Assembly: GCA_044892525.1 (NCBI GenBank)
Contig: CM097885.1
Span: 47,431,727 to 47,495,726 of the forward strand
Direction: 5' to 3'
Length of the DNA stretch: 64,000 bases
Source of the DNA: Schmidtea polychroa
Taxonomy: Eukaryota
The first letter of the stretch is position 1; each line of letters starts with the position of its first letter. The notes under the pieces are model-generated. The model saw nothing but the letters and a program-made list of their open reading frames with translations, made no database searches and was not told where the DNA came from. A program made the translations under genes and the position numbers. Of this stretch, positions 24,018 through 37,270 are shown piece by piece.

Positions 24018-27000
24018 ATGTCTAACAATAACAACAACATATTAAGAAGTCTATTGACTACCGGTAATTTTATTATTTATTTATTTATTATATTTTATTC
24101 TTTATTTTTTAGATGTGTTCGATTGGTATCAAGTTACTGAGGACGAAAGAATTTTGAATGTTGATAGGATTTTCGGTAAATTTAAATATTTTATTTTTTA
24201 TGAAATTATTATTTTATTTAGAACCTATTATAATTAGCGACGATGATGATGTCGTATTTATTGGGCAAACTAATGCCCCAGTTTCCTGTAATGTTTTTAA
24301 TGAACAAAGTAAATTTATTTTATTTTAGTATATTATTTTTTAAAAATCATTTTAGTGTTTAATGTTGACATGGACGCTGAAATCGATGTTCCAATTAATA
24401 ATGATTCTATTGAGGAGATGAATAATGCACTGACTTCTATCGATGAGCTGAATTATGTGGATAATACAATCGAGGAGCTTGTTAATGTGGATAATGCCCT
24501 CACTTCTATTGAGGAGGTTGCTGATAATGAATCAGATTCCGACATGGAATCACGATGTTAGTATTTATTTATTTTTATATATTTATTTTTTTTTAAAAAC
24601 CTTGTAAATTTCTTAAATACTTTTTAAACATTTTCTTTAAAAACTTATTTATAAAAACTTATTATGAAAATGAAGAAAATATTATGTTGAAATTGAAAAT
24701 GTTATGTTGACTAAATGATGAAAATATTATGATGAAGAAAATGATGAAAATATTATGATGAAGAAAATGATGAAAATATTATGATGAAGAAAATGATGAA
24801 AATATTATGATGAAGAAAATGATGAAAATATTATGATGAAGAAAATGATGAAAATATTATGATGAAGAAAATGTTTAAAAAGTATTTAAGAAACAATAGT
24901 TTTAAAATATTCCTTGTAGTTTGCAATGAGCAACTACATTAGTTAAAATAATAATAATAATAATAATAATATTAAAAATAGTAATAAAAATATATCTTGT
25001 AGTCTGCAGTGAGCATGCAGCTACATATCTCTTTTATCATGATTGCCCCAATAAATGTAGTCTGCAGTGAGCATGCAGCTACATATCTCTTTTATCATGA
25101 TTGCCCCAATAAATGTAGTCTGCAGTCAGCATGCAGCTACATATCTCTTTTATCATGATTGTCCCAATAAATGTAGTCTGCAGTCAGCATGCAGCTACAT
25201 ATCTCTTTTATCATGATTGCCCCAATAAATGTAGTCTGCAGTCAGCATGCAGCTACATATCTCTTTTATCATGATTGCCCCAATAAATGTAGTCTGCAGT
25301 CAGCATGCAGCTACATATCTCTTTTATCATGATTGCCCCAATAAATGTAGTCTGCAGTCAGCATGCAGCTACATATCTCTTTTATCATGATTGCCCCAAT
25401 AAATGTAGTCTGCAGTGAGCATGCAGCTACATCAAACTAATTATTTATTACGTAATACATACCCTTTATTAAATGTGTCTAAATGCAGCTGCGTCAAACT
25501 AAATATTTATTACGTAATACATACCCTTTATTAAATGTGTCTAAATGCAGCTGCAACAAACTATTTATTACGTAATAATTAACCCTTATTAAATATAGTC
25601 TGCATGCAGCTGCATCAACTATTTATTATGTAATAATTATAATCTTTAAATGTAATCTGCATGCAGCTGCATCAATAATGATAATAATGATAATAATAAT
25701 AATAATAATAATAAAATCACACATTTATAGTTAACAAGACTTTATTAATATAAATACAATTTCATGATTAATATTAATTGATAAATATAATTAACAGGCA
25801 AATTATATCCACATTACTGCCAGGCTTCAACTGGTCACTCAAATTTATGTCACAAAGTGATGAAAAAATATTATGGTCGTAAATTTTATGGCATCAAGTA
25901 CTACATATGCCCAATATGCGAGACTTCCCATAGCATTAAATATTTAGAGTTTTACAGTATACATAAATCCCATTTAAATCAGTTCTCTTTAAATAAAAAG
26001 GATTTATTTAACAAATTGCGAAATACCGCAAAACCTATAATTAAAACTAATGTAAATAATACAAAACCTGTAAATAATAATACAAAACCTGTAAATAATA
26101 ATACAAAACCTGTAAATAATATTACAAAACCTGTAATTAATAATAATACAAAACCTGTAAATAATATTACAAAACCTGTAAATAATAATACAAAACATGT
26201 AAATAATATTACAAAACCTGTAAATAATAATAATACAAAACCTGTAAATAATATTACAAAACCTGTAAATAATAATACAAAACATGTAAATAATATTACA
26301 AAACCTCTAATTAATAATGTTATTAATGTAAATAATAATTTAAAAAGACCTGCTGTTAGTATTGGGTCTGATGCTCCCTCTAAAATTAATAAATTAGAAC
26401 AAATAACTGTGGTTAATAATATTCAAGTAGGCGGTTCAGTCGATATTGACGATGAACCTGAAATCGAAATTGATTTTAAGGGGGTTCGAAAGAATCTAAG
26501 ATTTAATGTAGAAAAGGATAACATCATTCAAATATCCATAACCGATAAAATCGTTAATAAGTTAAAACATGAAATAATCAGAATGGGGTCGGTGAAAATA
26601 CAATTCTCTGTATTGATTCAATTTGAAAAAGATGGTGAAATTAAAGATAATTTCTTCTCGAATAGGGCAGAGGCTTTTTCAGATAGTTTTCTAAGTGAGG
26701 GGGTTCACAAATTAAATAATAAAATAGAAAAATTCACATATTTGGGTAGTGGATGGCGGGTTGTTAAAATCAAAGAAATAGATTTTATATTAACAAAATT
26801 TACACATATGAATAGGCTAGCTGGACATAGTTACATCCCCACCCCATCATCTTTAAAATCTAAAAATGCAATAGTAAATGTTAAAAACACCGATGATATG
26901 TGCTTTATATATAGTATTTTAGCACTTTTAAAACGTAATGTCGTACATATAAATAGAAATAGAGTTAGTTCCTATCAAAATTATCTTGACGAGTTAAATT

Positions 27001-29957
27001 TTGACCCCATTTCAGACTGTCCAATGAAACTATGTGATATTCCTAAATTCGAGATGAAAAATAAGGATTTAAATTTAGCAATAAATGTTTTAACTTATAG
27101 AACAACCCCTGCTAAGCCTTTTGAAAATATAGTTGACGATAATTATATTCCACATCATCCTCAATTAGATATTATTCACCGATCTAAGGTTATAGGTGGT
27201 GAACCCATATATTTACTTTTATTGGAAGACGGTGATAATTTCCATTATACTGCAGTTTTTAACTTACAAAGACTAATGAATTGTCGCTCTAGCAGTGAAT
27301 GTGACGTTAGACTTCAAGTAAACTGGTGCCCCCATTGTCTTAACGGATTTAGACATAAAAATGCATTTGATATTCATGTCGCCTTATGCATTAAAAACCA
27401 GATAGGTACTACTTTATACACGCTACCCAATGATAAAAATTTAATTTTTCAAAATTATGCGAAAACCATAACCCCACCATTCGTGATATATGCAGACTTT
27501 GAATCAATTTTACCGGGGGATATAATACACCATCAAAAGCATTTGCCAATAACAGCAGGTTTATTATTAATAAATAATTATAATAACTCTAAATTTTATT
27601 ATGAGTTTGTTGGGGATGATTGCATCTTATCTTTCTTGCGTAAGGTGGAGGAAATTGCTATGACAATTGTCCTGCCATATTACGAAATTAATGGGAAAAA
27701 GCCCATGCAAACCTTGTCTTTCACTGAAGAGCGGGCCTTTCGTGATTCCAGAACCTGCTACCTTTGTAAAAAATTCATTAAGAATAGAGTTAGGGATCAT
27801 TGTCACTTTTCAGGTAAGTATCTTGGTGCTGCCTGTAGGAAATGTAATGTTTCTCGACGAATTCAGAAACAGTTACCTGTGGTTTTTCACAATTTGAGGG
27901 GGTATGATCTTCATCATATTTTGAAGTATGGTTTGAATAATTTTCCTTCTTGGGAATTAAATATTATTCCGACCACTACTGAGAAATTCATCTCTCTTAT
28001 CGCGTACATTAACAAATTGTCTGTTCGTTTTATTGACAGCATGCAGTTTGTTAATTCATCTTTAGCAAAAGCAGTTAAGACTCTTTCCGATCTGCCTTTA
28101 ACTTCTTCTGTTTTCGATGGCGCAATTGTTCGAGCCAAAGGTATCTTTCCTTATGACTTTGCCACATCTCTTGAGGTTCTGGAATCGACTCTTGAATTGC
28201 CTCCTATTTGGGATTCTGTGTCTAATGATGAATATGCATTAGCCCAAGTTATTTGGACTCAGCAAAACTGCAACAACATGTTAGATTACATGTTAATCTA
28301 CCTTAAATTAGACGTGTTTCTCCTCGCAGACTATTTTCAACAATTCCGTGAAAAGGCCATTGCTTACAATGGTCTTGAGCCTCTTAATTTCTATGGCATT
28401 CCCGGTATGTCTTGGGCCTCTGCGCTTATGACATTAACGGAACCCATTGAACTTCTGCAGGACATGGAAATGTTTAATTTCTATGAAGGAGGGATACGGG
28501 GTGGGTTAACATTTGTTAACAAACATTATGTTGCAAGTTCTGAAGACACAGAACTCTTGTATATTGATATTAATAACTTGTATGGTTGGGCCTTAAGCCA
28601 AAATCTGCCTTATGCTGACTTTGTTTGGGTGTATGATGATCTTGATTCTGTCTTGAATGAATGTATGAATGCTGATATCGATAACCTTCCATATGGCTAT
28701 ACTATGGAGGTAGATATCGATATACCTGTTTGTTTGCATGACTTTCTGAATGATTTTCCTCTTGCTCCGGAAAAGATGTGCCCGCCAAATTCTAAAGTTG
28801 AGAAGCTGATGCTCACGCATTGGCCGAAGAAGAACCATGTTCTTCATTGGCGACTTCTCAAGTTGTATATAGAATTGGGGGCTATTATTAAAAATGTACA
28901 TAGAGCAATCAAATTTAAGCATGCACCCATTTTCAAATCTTACATAGACAAAAACACTAATTTGAGAGCCAATTCTACATGCGAATTATATAGGGATCTA
29001 TACAAATTATTTAATAATAGTCTGTATGGGAAATCCGTAGAAAACCTTAAAAAACGGATGAATTTGAGGCTATGCAATTCAGCTGAAAAGATGATTGTAT
29101 ATGCTTCAAAGCCGACTTTCAAGAAATCTATCAAAATTGATGATGACTTGATTGCTGCACATCTATATAAGGATTCTATATGTTTAGACAGGCCTAGTTA
29201 CATTGGCCAAACGGTGCTAGACCTGTCTAAACTGAGGATGTACCAGTTACAGTATAAAGAATTGGCTAAATATAGAAATGAATTTAAATGTGAGATAAAT
29301 ATCGTTGCCGGCGATACTGACTCCTTTTTTCTTGAGGTTAGGCACTGTAAGCTTGACATTCTTTTGCCGGCAATGATTCGTGACAATCTTTTAGACACTT
29401 CCAACTATGACCCTGCACATCCCTTATACTCTAGAAACCTTGATTCTGTGATAGGTAAATTTAAAGATGAAAGTAAAGGTCTAGGGTATAAGGAATGGGT
29501 TTTCTTAAGACCCAAGTGCTATAGTTTGTTAGGGGCTAAAGATCATTTAAAAGCAAAAGGAGTCAGGTTAATAGGTACAGAAATTAGGCACGATTCATAT
29601 TTAGAATGCTACAATAACAACGTAGTATTTTCTGTGCCACAAAGTAGGATAGGGACGCGGAACCATCAATTGTACACATTTAAAAACAATAAAATCGCGT
29701 TGACAAACAACGACGACAAGCGGTTTTGGGTGGGGAAAAATTCCAGTCTCGCATTTGGTCATTATTTAGCACTAGATGATATAAATGATGATCAAATATT
29801 TGAAGAAGTTGGGCCACTATTCGGAGGATTAAGTCCAGATTTTGTTTCTGGTGATGAGGAAGTGGGTCCACTTTTCAATGGTTTAAGTCCAGATTTCGAT
29901 TCTGGTGATGATCCTAATGATAAAAGAGATATAGATGATATTTTATTGTCAGACTAA
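24018..29957 (+). CDS. polB: Protein-primed family B DNA polymerase, predicted 5 exons (24018-24063, 24113-24175, 24222-24308, 24356-24556, 25798-29957; ~1518 aa)
   Basis: Exonuclease motifs YADFES and FHNLRGYD, endonuclease-VII-like CYLC..RDHCH..G.Y.GAAC..CN insert, YIDINNLYG, KLFNNSLYGK, GDTDS. All four predicted GT-AG introns are phase 1 and join in frame. The polymerase call is firm; the upstream exons are a prediction. Confidence 0.9.
24715..24872. repeat. 26-bp tandem repeat x6 (GATGAAAATATTATGATGAAGAAAAT)
   Basis: AAAATATTAT recurs at 24721, 24747, 24773, 24799, 24825 and 24851. Confidence 0.9.
24998..25432. repeat. 58-bp tandem array (7 full units plus a partial), each with a palindrome
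   Basis: Units start at 24998, 25056, 25114 ... 25404. Core ATGTAG(T)CTGCA-GT[CG]AGCA-TGCAGCTACAT. Confidence 0.95.
26048..26320 (+). repeat. Coding minisatellite (TKPVNNN/I)n in the PolB N-terminal region
   Basis: About 11-12 in-frame units of 21-24 bp. Confidence 0.9.
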
Positions 29958-30186
29958 ACTGTGATAAATGTTAATATATCTTTAATAAAACGTTTCTTCT
30001 ACATTGTTGTATTATCTAAAATTTTTATTGAAAACTTGTTATAGTTTTCACATTTCTTACAAATGTTAAACACTTGTATAAATATATTTATTAATATTGA
30101 TAAAGTTTTTATAAATCATGTTTAACTATTGAAAGAAATTTTTATTTGAAATGTATGTATGAGCTCACCACTACATATATGAGTTG

Positions 30187-30356
30187 AGTGTACATTTAAA
30201 GTATAATATTTAGAATTTAGAAAGTTTTACCTTGAATATTTTTACCAGTACCTTTGTGAACAATAACCATGTGACTTGTTGAGTGTGAGTAGTACCCTTG
30301 CTAGCAATACCCATAGGGAGACAGAATATCTTGTCGGATAGACTAGGAGTATATAT

Positions 30357-30414
<58 letters not shown>

Positions 30415-32187
30415 CTTAGAAACTAAAAACTTAGAAAATAATAATTATTTTAATAAATGACCTTGAAAATTAAATGACCTTGAAAAGTAAATGACCTTGA
30501 AAATAATAAATGACCTTGAAAATTAAATGACCTTGAAAAGTAAATGACCTTGAAAATTAAATGACCTTGAAAAATTAAATGACCTTGAAAATTAAATGAC
30601 ATTGAAAATTAAATGACCTTGAAAATAAAAAGATTACTTAATTAAAACAAAAAATTAAATTAAAAAAAAAATGACCTTGACCTTGATGAGTCATATGACC
30701 TTGGGAATGACCTTGATGAGTCATCGTTCTAAAAATATTAGACATCGTTGGGTGAGTCATTGGGTGAGTCATTCTCTTTGTTAATATTAATGATGATGAT
30801 ACCTTCTATGGCTCATTCGAAAGGTCTTGGACTGAGCTTTAAGATGAGGTATCGTCCAATAAATTCGGATAATGGGAACATTAATTTTTGGGATGAAAAA
30901 GAGTAGGGGCCCTCCCGGCCAATTAATAATATTTTGGAAAATAATAATAATTTAACGTTGAAAAGATGGTGGTCATCAATTGTTAATAACTTTGTCAATA
31001 ATAATGATGATGATACCTTCTATGAATCAATCGAAAGGTCTTGCATTGGGCTTTAAAATGAGCTATCGTTGAATAATTATCGTTGTCGGGAACTCTGTAC
31101 ATTTAAATTTTAAAATATGACCTTGAAAAAATAAATGACCTTGAAAAAATAAATGACCTTGAAAAAATAAATGACCTTGAAAAAATAAATGACCTTGAAA
31201 AAATAAATGACCTTGACCTTGACCTTGAAAATAATATTTTGAAAAATAAATGACCTTGAAAAATGGTCTCGGTAAAACTTTAATAACTTTGCCGATGTTA
31301 ATGATGATGATACCTTCTATGGCTCAATTGAAAGGTCTTAGACTACGCTTCAAAATAAGCTATCGATTAATAAATTCGGATAATGGCAACATTAATTTTT
31401 GGGATGAGAAAAAGTATGTCCCCGCCCGGCCAATTAATAATATTTTGAATAATAATAATAATTTAACGTTGAAAAGATGGTGGTCATCAAATGTTAATAA
31501 CATTAAAACTATTAAAGATATATATGATACCTATAGCTCATTCGAAAGGTCTTGGACTGGGCTTTAAGATGAGGTATCGGTCAATAAAATCTGTTGGTGG
31601 GAACATTAATTTTTGGGATGAAAATAAGTGTGAGCCCGCCAGGCCAATTAATAATATTTTGGAAAATAATAATAATTTAACGTTGAAAAGATGGTGGTCA
31701 TCAATTGTTAATAACATTAAAACTATTAAAGATATATATGATACCTATAGCTCATTCGAAAGGTCTTGGACTGGGCTTTAAGATGAGGTATCGGTCAATA
31801 AAATCTGTTGGTGGGAACATTAATTTTTGGGATGAAAAAAAGTGTGAGCCCGCCAGGCCAATTAATAATATTTTGGAAAATAATAATAATTTAACGTTGA
31901 AAAGATGGTGGTCATCAATTGTTAATAACATTAAAACTATTAAAGATATATATGATACCTATAGCTCATTCGAAAGGTCTTGGACTGGGCTTTAAGATGA
32001 GGTATCATCCAATAAAATCCGTTGGTGGGAACATTAATTTTTGGGATGAAAAAAAGTGTGAGCCCGCCAGGCCAATTAATTAAAACAAAAAATTAAAAAA
32101 AAAAAATTTTTTTTTCCCGGGGGGGGGGGGGAGGGGGTATATGTGATGCGGGGAGCTCCTGATCTGGGGAGCTCCAATCCTACTACT
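30187..32187 (-). repeat. Right terminal inverted repeat (~2 kb)
   Basis: Reverse complement of 14534-16519. Confidence 0.95.
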
Positions 32188-32565
32188 TATAACATTTTAT
32201 TGAAAACTAAAAGCAAACATATATGATCGCATTATTTAAAAATAATTTTAAACAAAAACTGAAAATGGACAGAAAAGTAGGAGTGAATTATTGGTGAATA
32301 ATTATTAGTGCTATTCAATGATTGGAATTCCAATAATATTACATATGATAATTTCCATTATCGATAATCAGTAAACATAATTCGAAACCGAGAAGATATA
32401 GAGCTTAAAATATATAGTGTGAGATATTACTTATCTCAAATGGAGGTATGGATATGTAAAAAGTGATTAAGAAAGCGCCACTCAAACATCTGTTTAGGAT
32501 ATTTTTCGAAGTTTTAAAATAGAAAAACTTTAGATATTATAGATATAATAAACAAATTAAAAAAC

Positions 32566-32710
<145 letters not shown>

Positions 32711-34603
32711 CCCCATAATCTCTCTACTCAAATTCTTGAATATTATCGACCGAGGCTATTATCATAATCAATGAGCATGTCTGATTTCAAAATTTTATTA
32801 AAAAATTTCAATAATTGCTGGGAAAACGTGATATATAAAGCATTTTTGATAAGATCGTGAATAAATGTATTTGTCGCTCTACTATTAGAGGCTTTTATTT
32901 TACAAAAAATATTACAAAAACAGAATTAAATTGAAATAAAAAAAGAAGTCACTATTAGCTAGTAATAGAATAAATAAATTAAATAATACTTGATAAGGAC
33001 AATGTTGAAAATTTGTGTTACATAGAAAAATGAATTCTTGATCTAGTCATAGTTCAAATAAATGAAATTTGTGTTATCTTGATGGGAAAATAGGAAATTT
33101 AGATGATATAAAATATTATTGACTGACTTCTTCATGTTTAGCCTACAGAATTTACGAAAAAATGATTGAAAATTGAATAAATGGGTGGAAAATATTGGGA
33201 AATATGTTATTGAATAATTGTTGAATAGTGTTTTCATTTATATAAATAAATCCGCATTATTTATGGGATGACCTGATATTATAATTTGAATAATTTTTTT
33301 GCTATCTGTTTACTGTTATTTATAACGAAAATTAATTATTGTACATATCTTTAACGATTAGTAATTACGAAAACATTACTTTAGTGATATTTTTCAATTA
33401 AGAAAGGAAATCGTTTTGATTAATAATTAAGTGTGAAATATTTGCGTAATTCGGTGCTAATTTAATTTTTGTTATTACTATATCCAAGATTTATGAATCA
33501 CAGTTTATAGCCATAAAACGTTATTTTTCAATATTTAGTTATACTCAATAAATTATTATAGTGAACTTTAATGATGACATAGTTGAAATTTTTGCAATTT
33601 ATTAGTATTTTATTAATATAAAACGATTGTTTTCCGTTACCAGGATCAATTAAATATAAAATTAATAAATGATATAATAAAATTTTTCCAAGTTTTCAAG
33701 TTTATTTAAACCAAAAATGAGTTTTCAATTTTGAAATAAAACCTCTTTAATCTGCTTCAAAAATATTTTGCATATGAAGTCGATGATGATCTTTTTATAT
33801 CTTAATTTAATTGCGCAATTTTTTGCTATTCAAATTTCGACAAAAATACGGGATTTTCAATTTGAGAAATTACGCAAAAACATTTGAAATTTCTCTTATC
33901 AAATATTTTGTGCATCTAAAATGGATTCGTGGCGCATTACTTTGTTGGATGGCGCATGAAAATGTTTATTTCAAAATGCAGTTTTAGAAAACATTTAATA
34001 TTTTGTGAAAATAAGTAAAAAATTAACTTTAAAAAATGTTACTTACACTATATCCATCTTATGATCCAAATTCCAATTAAAAACTAAATTTAGTTTTGAA
34101 TCAAAATCTTAATATAAGTGCGGGTTTGTCAGCATAACAATACAATAATAATATAGATACATTTTGTCTATTATAATCATACTACTAATTCTGGAACACC
34201 AATAACTTATCTCTGAAAGAGTAAAACGATTCCCACAACAATTATTAAGTGATTGTGTAGAGAAAACGCATGTATGACGCATCAAATTAAACAAAAATAA
34301 AATCAACAACACTTCTTTTAAATTCTTTCTATTCCTTGAATAACTGAAAATGGCATTAGATATTTTAAAGTACATACGACTAATTAATTTGAATTGTTTT
34401 AATTGTCCTTAATTTCCTTATGATAAGAACCGATGTTGACTTTATCATATTAAAGAAGGTAGCTCGTCTCCGAAACATTGAAGGAAAATAATTGATAAAA
34501 CGTGAGTTTATACATATAATTAAAACTTGAATTTCTGTCCCCGAAAGCACTAGAAAACATATGATCACCTTATCTTGGAGTTTATCCTTTTTTAAAATTC
34601 CAG

Positions 34604-34936
34604 GGTAAGCCTGGAATTGCTCACCGGGATCTCAAAAGTCGCAACATTCTTGTCAAATCTTGTGGAGAATGTTGTATCGGAGATTTGGGTTTGGCTGTTC
34701 GACTTATTGAGGATTGCTCTTCATTGGATTTAAATAATGTTGGAACAAGGCGATACATGGCACCTGAGATAATTCTGGATAAAATCGTTCAACCTGATAT
34801 GATTTACAATGGTGGTCTTGAAGCATTTAAGAAGGCTGACATTTACAGCTATAGCTTGGTCATTTGGGAAATTTTACGGCGTTGCGAATGTTCATCTATG
34901 AATATTAGCGCATCTGCATACGAGATGCCATATCAA
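34604..34936 (+). CDS. TGF-beta type I receptor kinase exon (catalytic loop to subdomain IX)
   Basis: CAG acceptor at 34603, then GKPGIAHRDLKSRNILVK...IGDLGLA...VGTRRYMAPE...KADIYSYSLVIWEI.RRC...PYQ. GT donor at 34937. 333 nt, phase 0/0. Confidence 0.95.
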
Positions 34937-35599
34937 GTAATTTATAATTGATTTAGCTAGCTATAATATTAAATTTCAAATTCCATTTATCAAAAATTAT
35001 GAAAATAAATTCCTTTTAAATTATGTAGTTTAGACATTGCCAGATATTTGCTTAATTTATTTCCCATCGGTCATTATAATCTAATTCTTAATTACGTATT
35101 AGTATAATCTAATCCAGTCCTGAGTTTGTCGTGCTAATGTGCAATATTGAAATCGATAATTATGTTTTTGTTATTAATTTCGATCTAATTTTTTACATGC
35201 TTCATTAAATAGTGAAAATTTAATTTTTCAATTTAAATATTTGGAAAATATCTTTAATTTGAAAACGACAGGATAAATTATTGTGCTATTTTGAAGTGTC
35301 GATAATCCGGTCTCCAATTTCGAAATCAATTTAAATATACTTGAATATTTTCAATTATTTTTCGTTTTATATATTAAAATATAAATACTATTAAAATATG
35401 AAACTATAAATTTTTATTACCTTTGATTCAATTTATTTTATCTTAGAACTTTTTTGAGGACAAAATATATTTATTTGTAAAACAAGATGCAAAAAATGTT
35501 TTTTATTCTAATTTAATTTCTTGAAAAGAAGTTTTGAATGACACATTGATTAATAGAAGAAAGAAAATAATCTAACTCAAAAATAAATAGTTTTTACTT

Positions 35600-37270
35600 A
35601 CCAAGATAATGTTATTGATTAATCCATGAGTGAAATTTTTGCGAGAGGATTTCAAAATGTCCCAAAAATCGTCTAACACTGCTAGAAAATGGTATTAGAT
35701 TTTTGTAAGAAAATCGGAAACGATGTTATAAATGAAATAGTGAATAAAATCTTTATTGGCTTAAGGCTTTCTATATCGTTTGACGAAATTGCCTGATGCA
35801 TGATGCTAGAAATAATTTTTGGAATTAATAAAAATTTTTTGTTCTTTTTCAGCTGAAACGTGCGTTTCACTATTAAAAGAAAGATTTTCATCGTTTAAAA
35901 TTAATCTTGACAATAATATTACTTGTAATATGACCAATGAAGCAAATACGATGAAGTTGGAAAAATTGTACCAACAGATCAACAATTACGTTTTGCCATC
36001 CCATACAACTAAAGTGCTTTTATTTACAAAAGTATGTAAAAATTGATTTGGGAAAGGTCATATTTCAAAACAGATTGTAAAACACGATGGAGCAGCTTAT
36101 TGTGTTTACTGAAAAGATTTGATATGTTAGGAAATTGTATAAAAAAGGAATTTGTTAACTTCAAAATTGAAAAATCGTTAAAATTGGACGCTACCAATAT
36201 AAAATTATTTCAGATTTAGTCGATGTTTTAAGTTCAATTGAAGCAACTGTTGAATCAATTTTTCGGCGAGATGTAAATTTAATAATTGCTGATATTGCAT
36301 TGGAATTTGCAGAAAAATGTAACAACAGAATTTTGACCGTAGTAGTCATAATTTTGAACTTTAGTCCTTCGATTTAGAAGAATTCAATTGAGCAGTTTTT
36401 GCTTAATATCTTCACAGTGATCATAATGATTCAATGAAAATGACTGAAGTTTTTGTACAATTCACAAATGCAAAAAAAAGCAAAATACTTATTTAAAATA
36501 AATGCGACCGATTTAACAGGTGGAATTATTGGAGTAGCTGATTTCTCTGATGAGATTGAGACCCTATCTAACGATGAAAGTATTTTTTTGTATTAATAAT
36601 GAAAAGTCTATGAGTGAGCATTTAAAGTGGTTGTACAACAGGGGACTATTTCCAAAGGATTTATGATTCCCGGTAAGTTTATCGAAAACGAGTTTATCGA
36701 ATGATCAATTGATCGAATGACGAGTTTATCGAAAAATATTATTTTTAAGGAACTTACGAATTGTGGATTTTATCTCAAAAAAGCATGTCTCTTTAAAAAA
36801 TTAAAATCTTTTAAATATTTTATTTATATACAGAAATTTTAAATATTTTATTCGATTTTATTTGCTTTCGATAAACTCGCTTTCGATAAACTCGTTTTCG
36901 ATAAACTCGTTGGCTACCATTATTTCAGTATTTTTTGCCTTAACCCTTTTTTCAATATTTTTTACCTAAAACGAATTTTTTGCAACAAATGCTATTATAA
37001 ACACATTTTAAGTTTCTGCACGTAAAGAAAAAATTTAAAAGTTTTTAATTCCTTAAAAATAATATTTTTCAATAAATTCGTTTTCGATAAACTCGTCGGC
37101 TACCGGATTTATTATTTAAAAGAATTTATTTACGATTAATCTCACGAGTGTAGAGTCTGAACGGGTGTTTTTAACTTTCGGGTTGATATGTTCGAAAATT
37201 CAGAGTCAACTTAATGATAAAACGATTGACATTATGATTTTTGAGATAATATTTTCAAAAAATTAAATAA
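35600..37270 (+). mobile_element. Decayed hAT transposase remnant
   Basis: C-terminal dimerization motif TSVESERVF...KIQSQLNDKTIDIMIF at ~37144-37240. Fragmented upstream sequence. Boundaries are approximate. Confidence 0.55.
36671..37106. mobile_element. MITE-like element with inverted subterminal CGAGTTTATCGAA repeats
   Basis: CGGTA...TACCG ends. Several GAGTTTATCGAA copies on the left and TTCGATAAACTC copies on the right. Confidence 0.6.

Noticed and set aside
24998..25432. CRISPR-like look: palindromic ~30-bp repeats with ~28-bp spacers
   Set aside because: The spacers are essentially identical, there are no cas genes and the context is eukaryotic viral. It is a tandem repeat.
26004..29871. 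Antisense and alternate-frame ORFs inside PolB
   Set aside because: Shadows of the long coding frame and its minisatellite, with no motifs.
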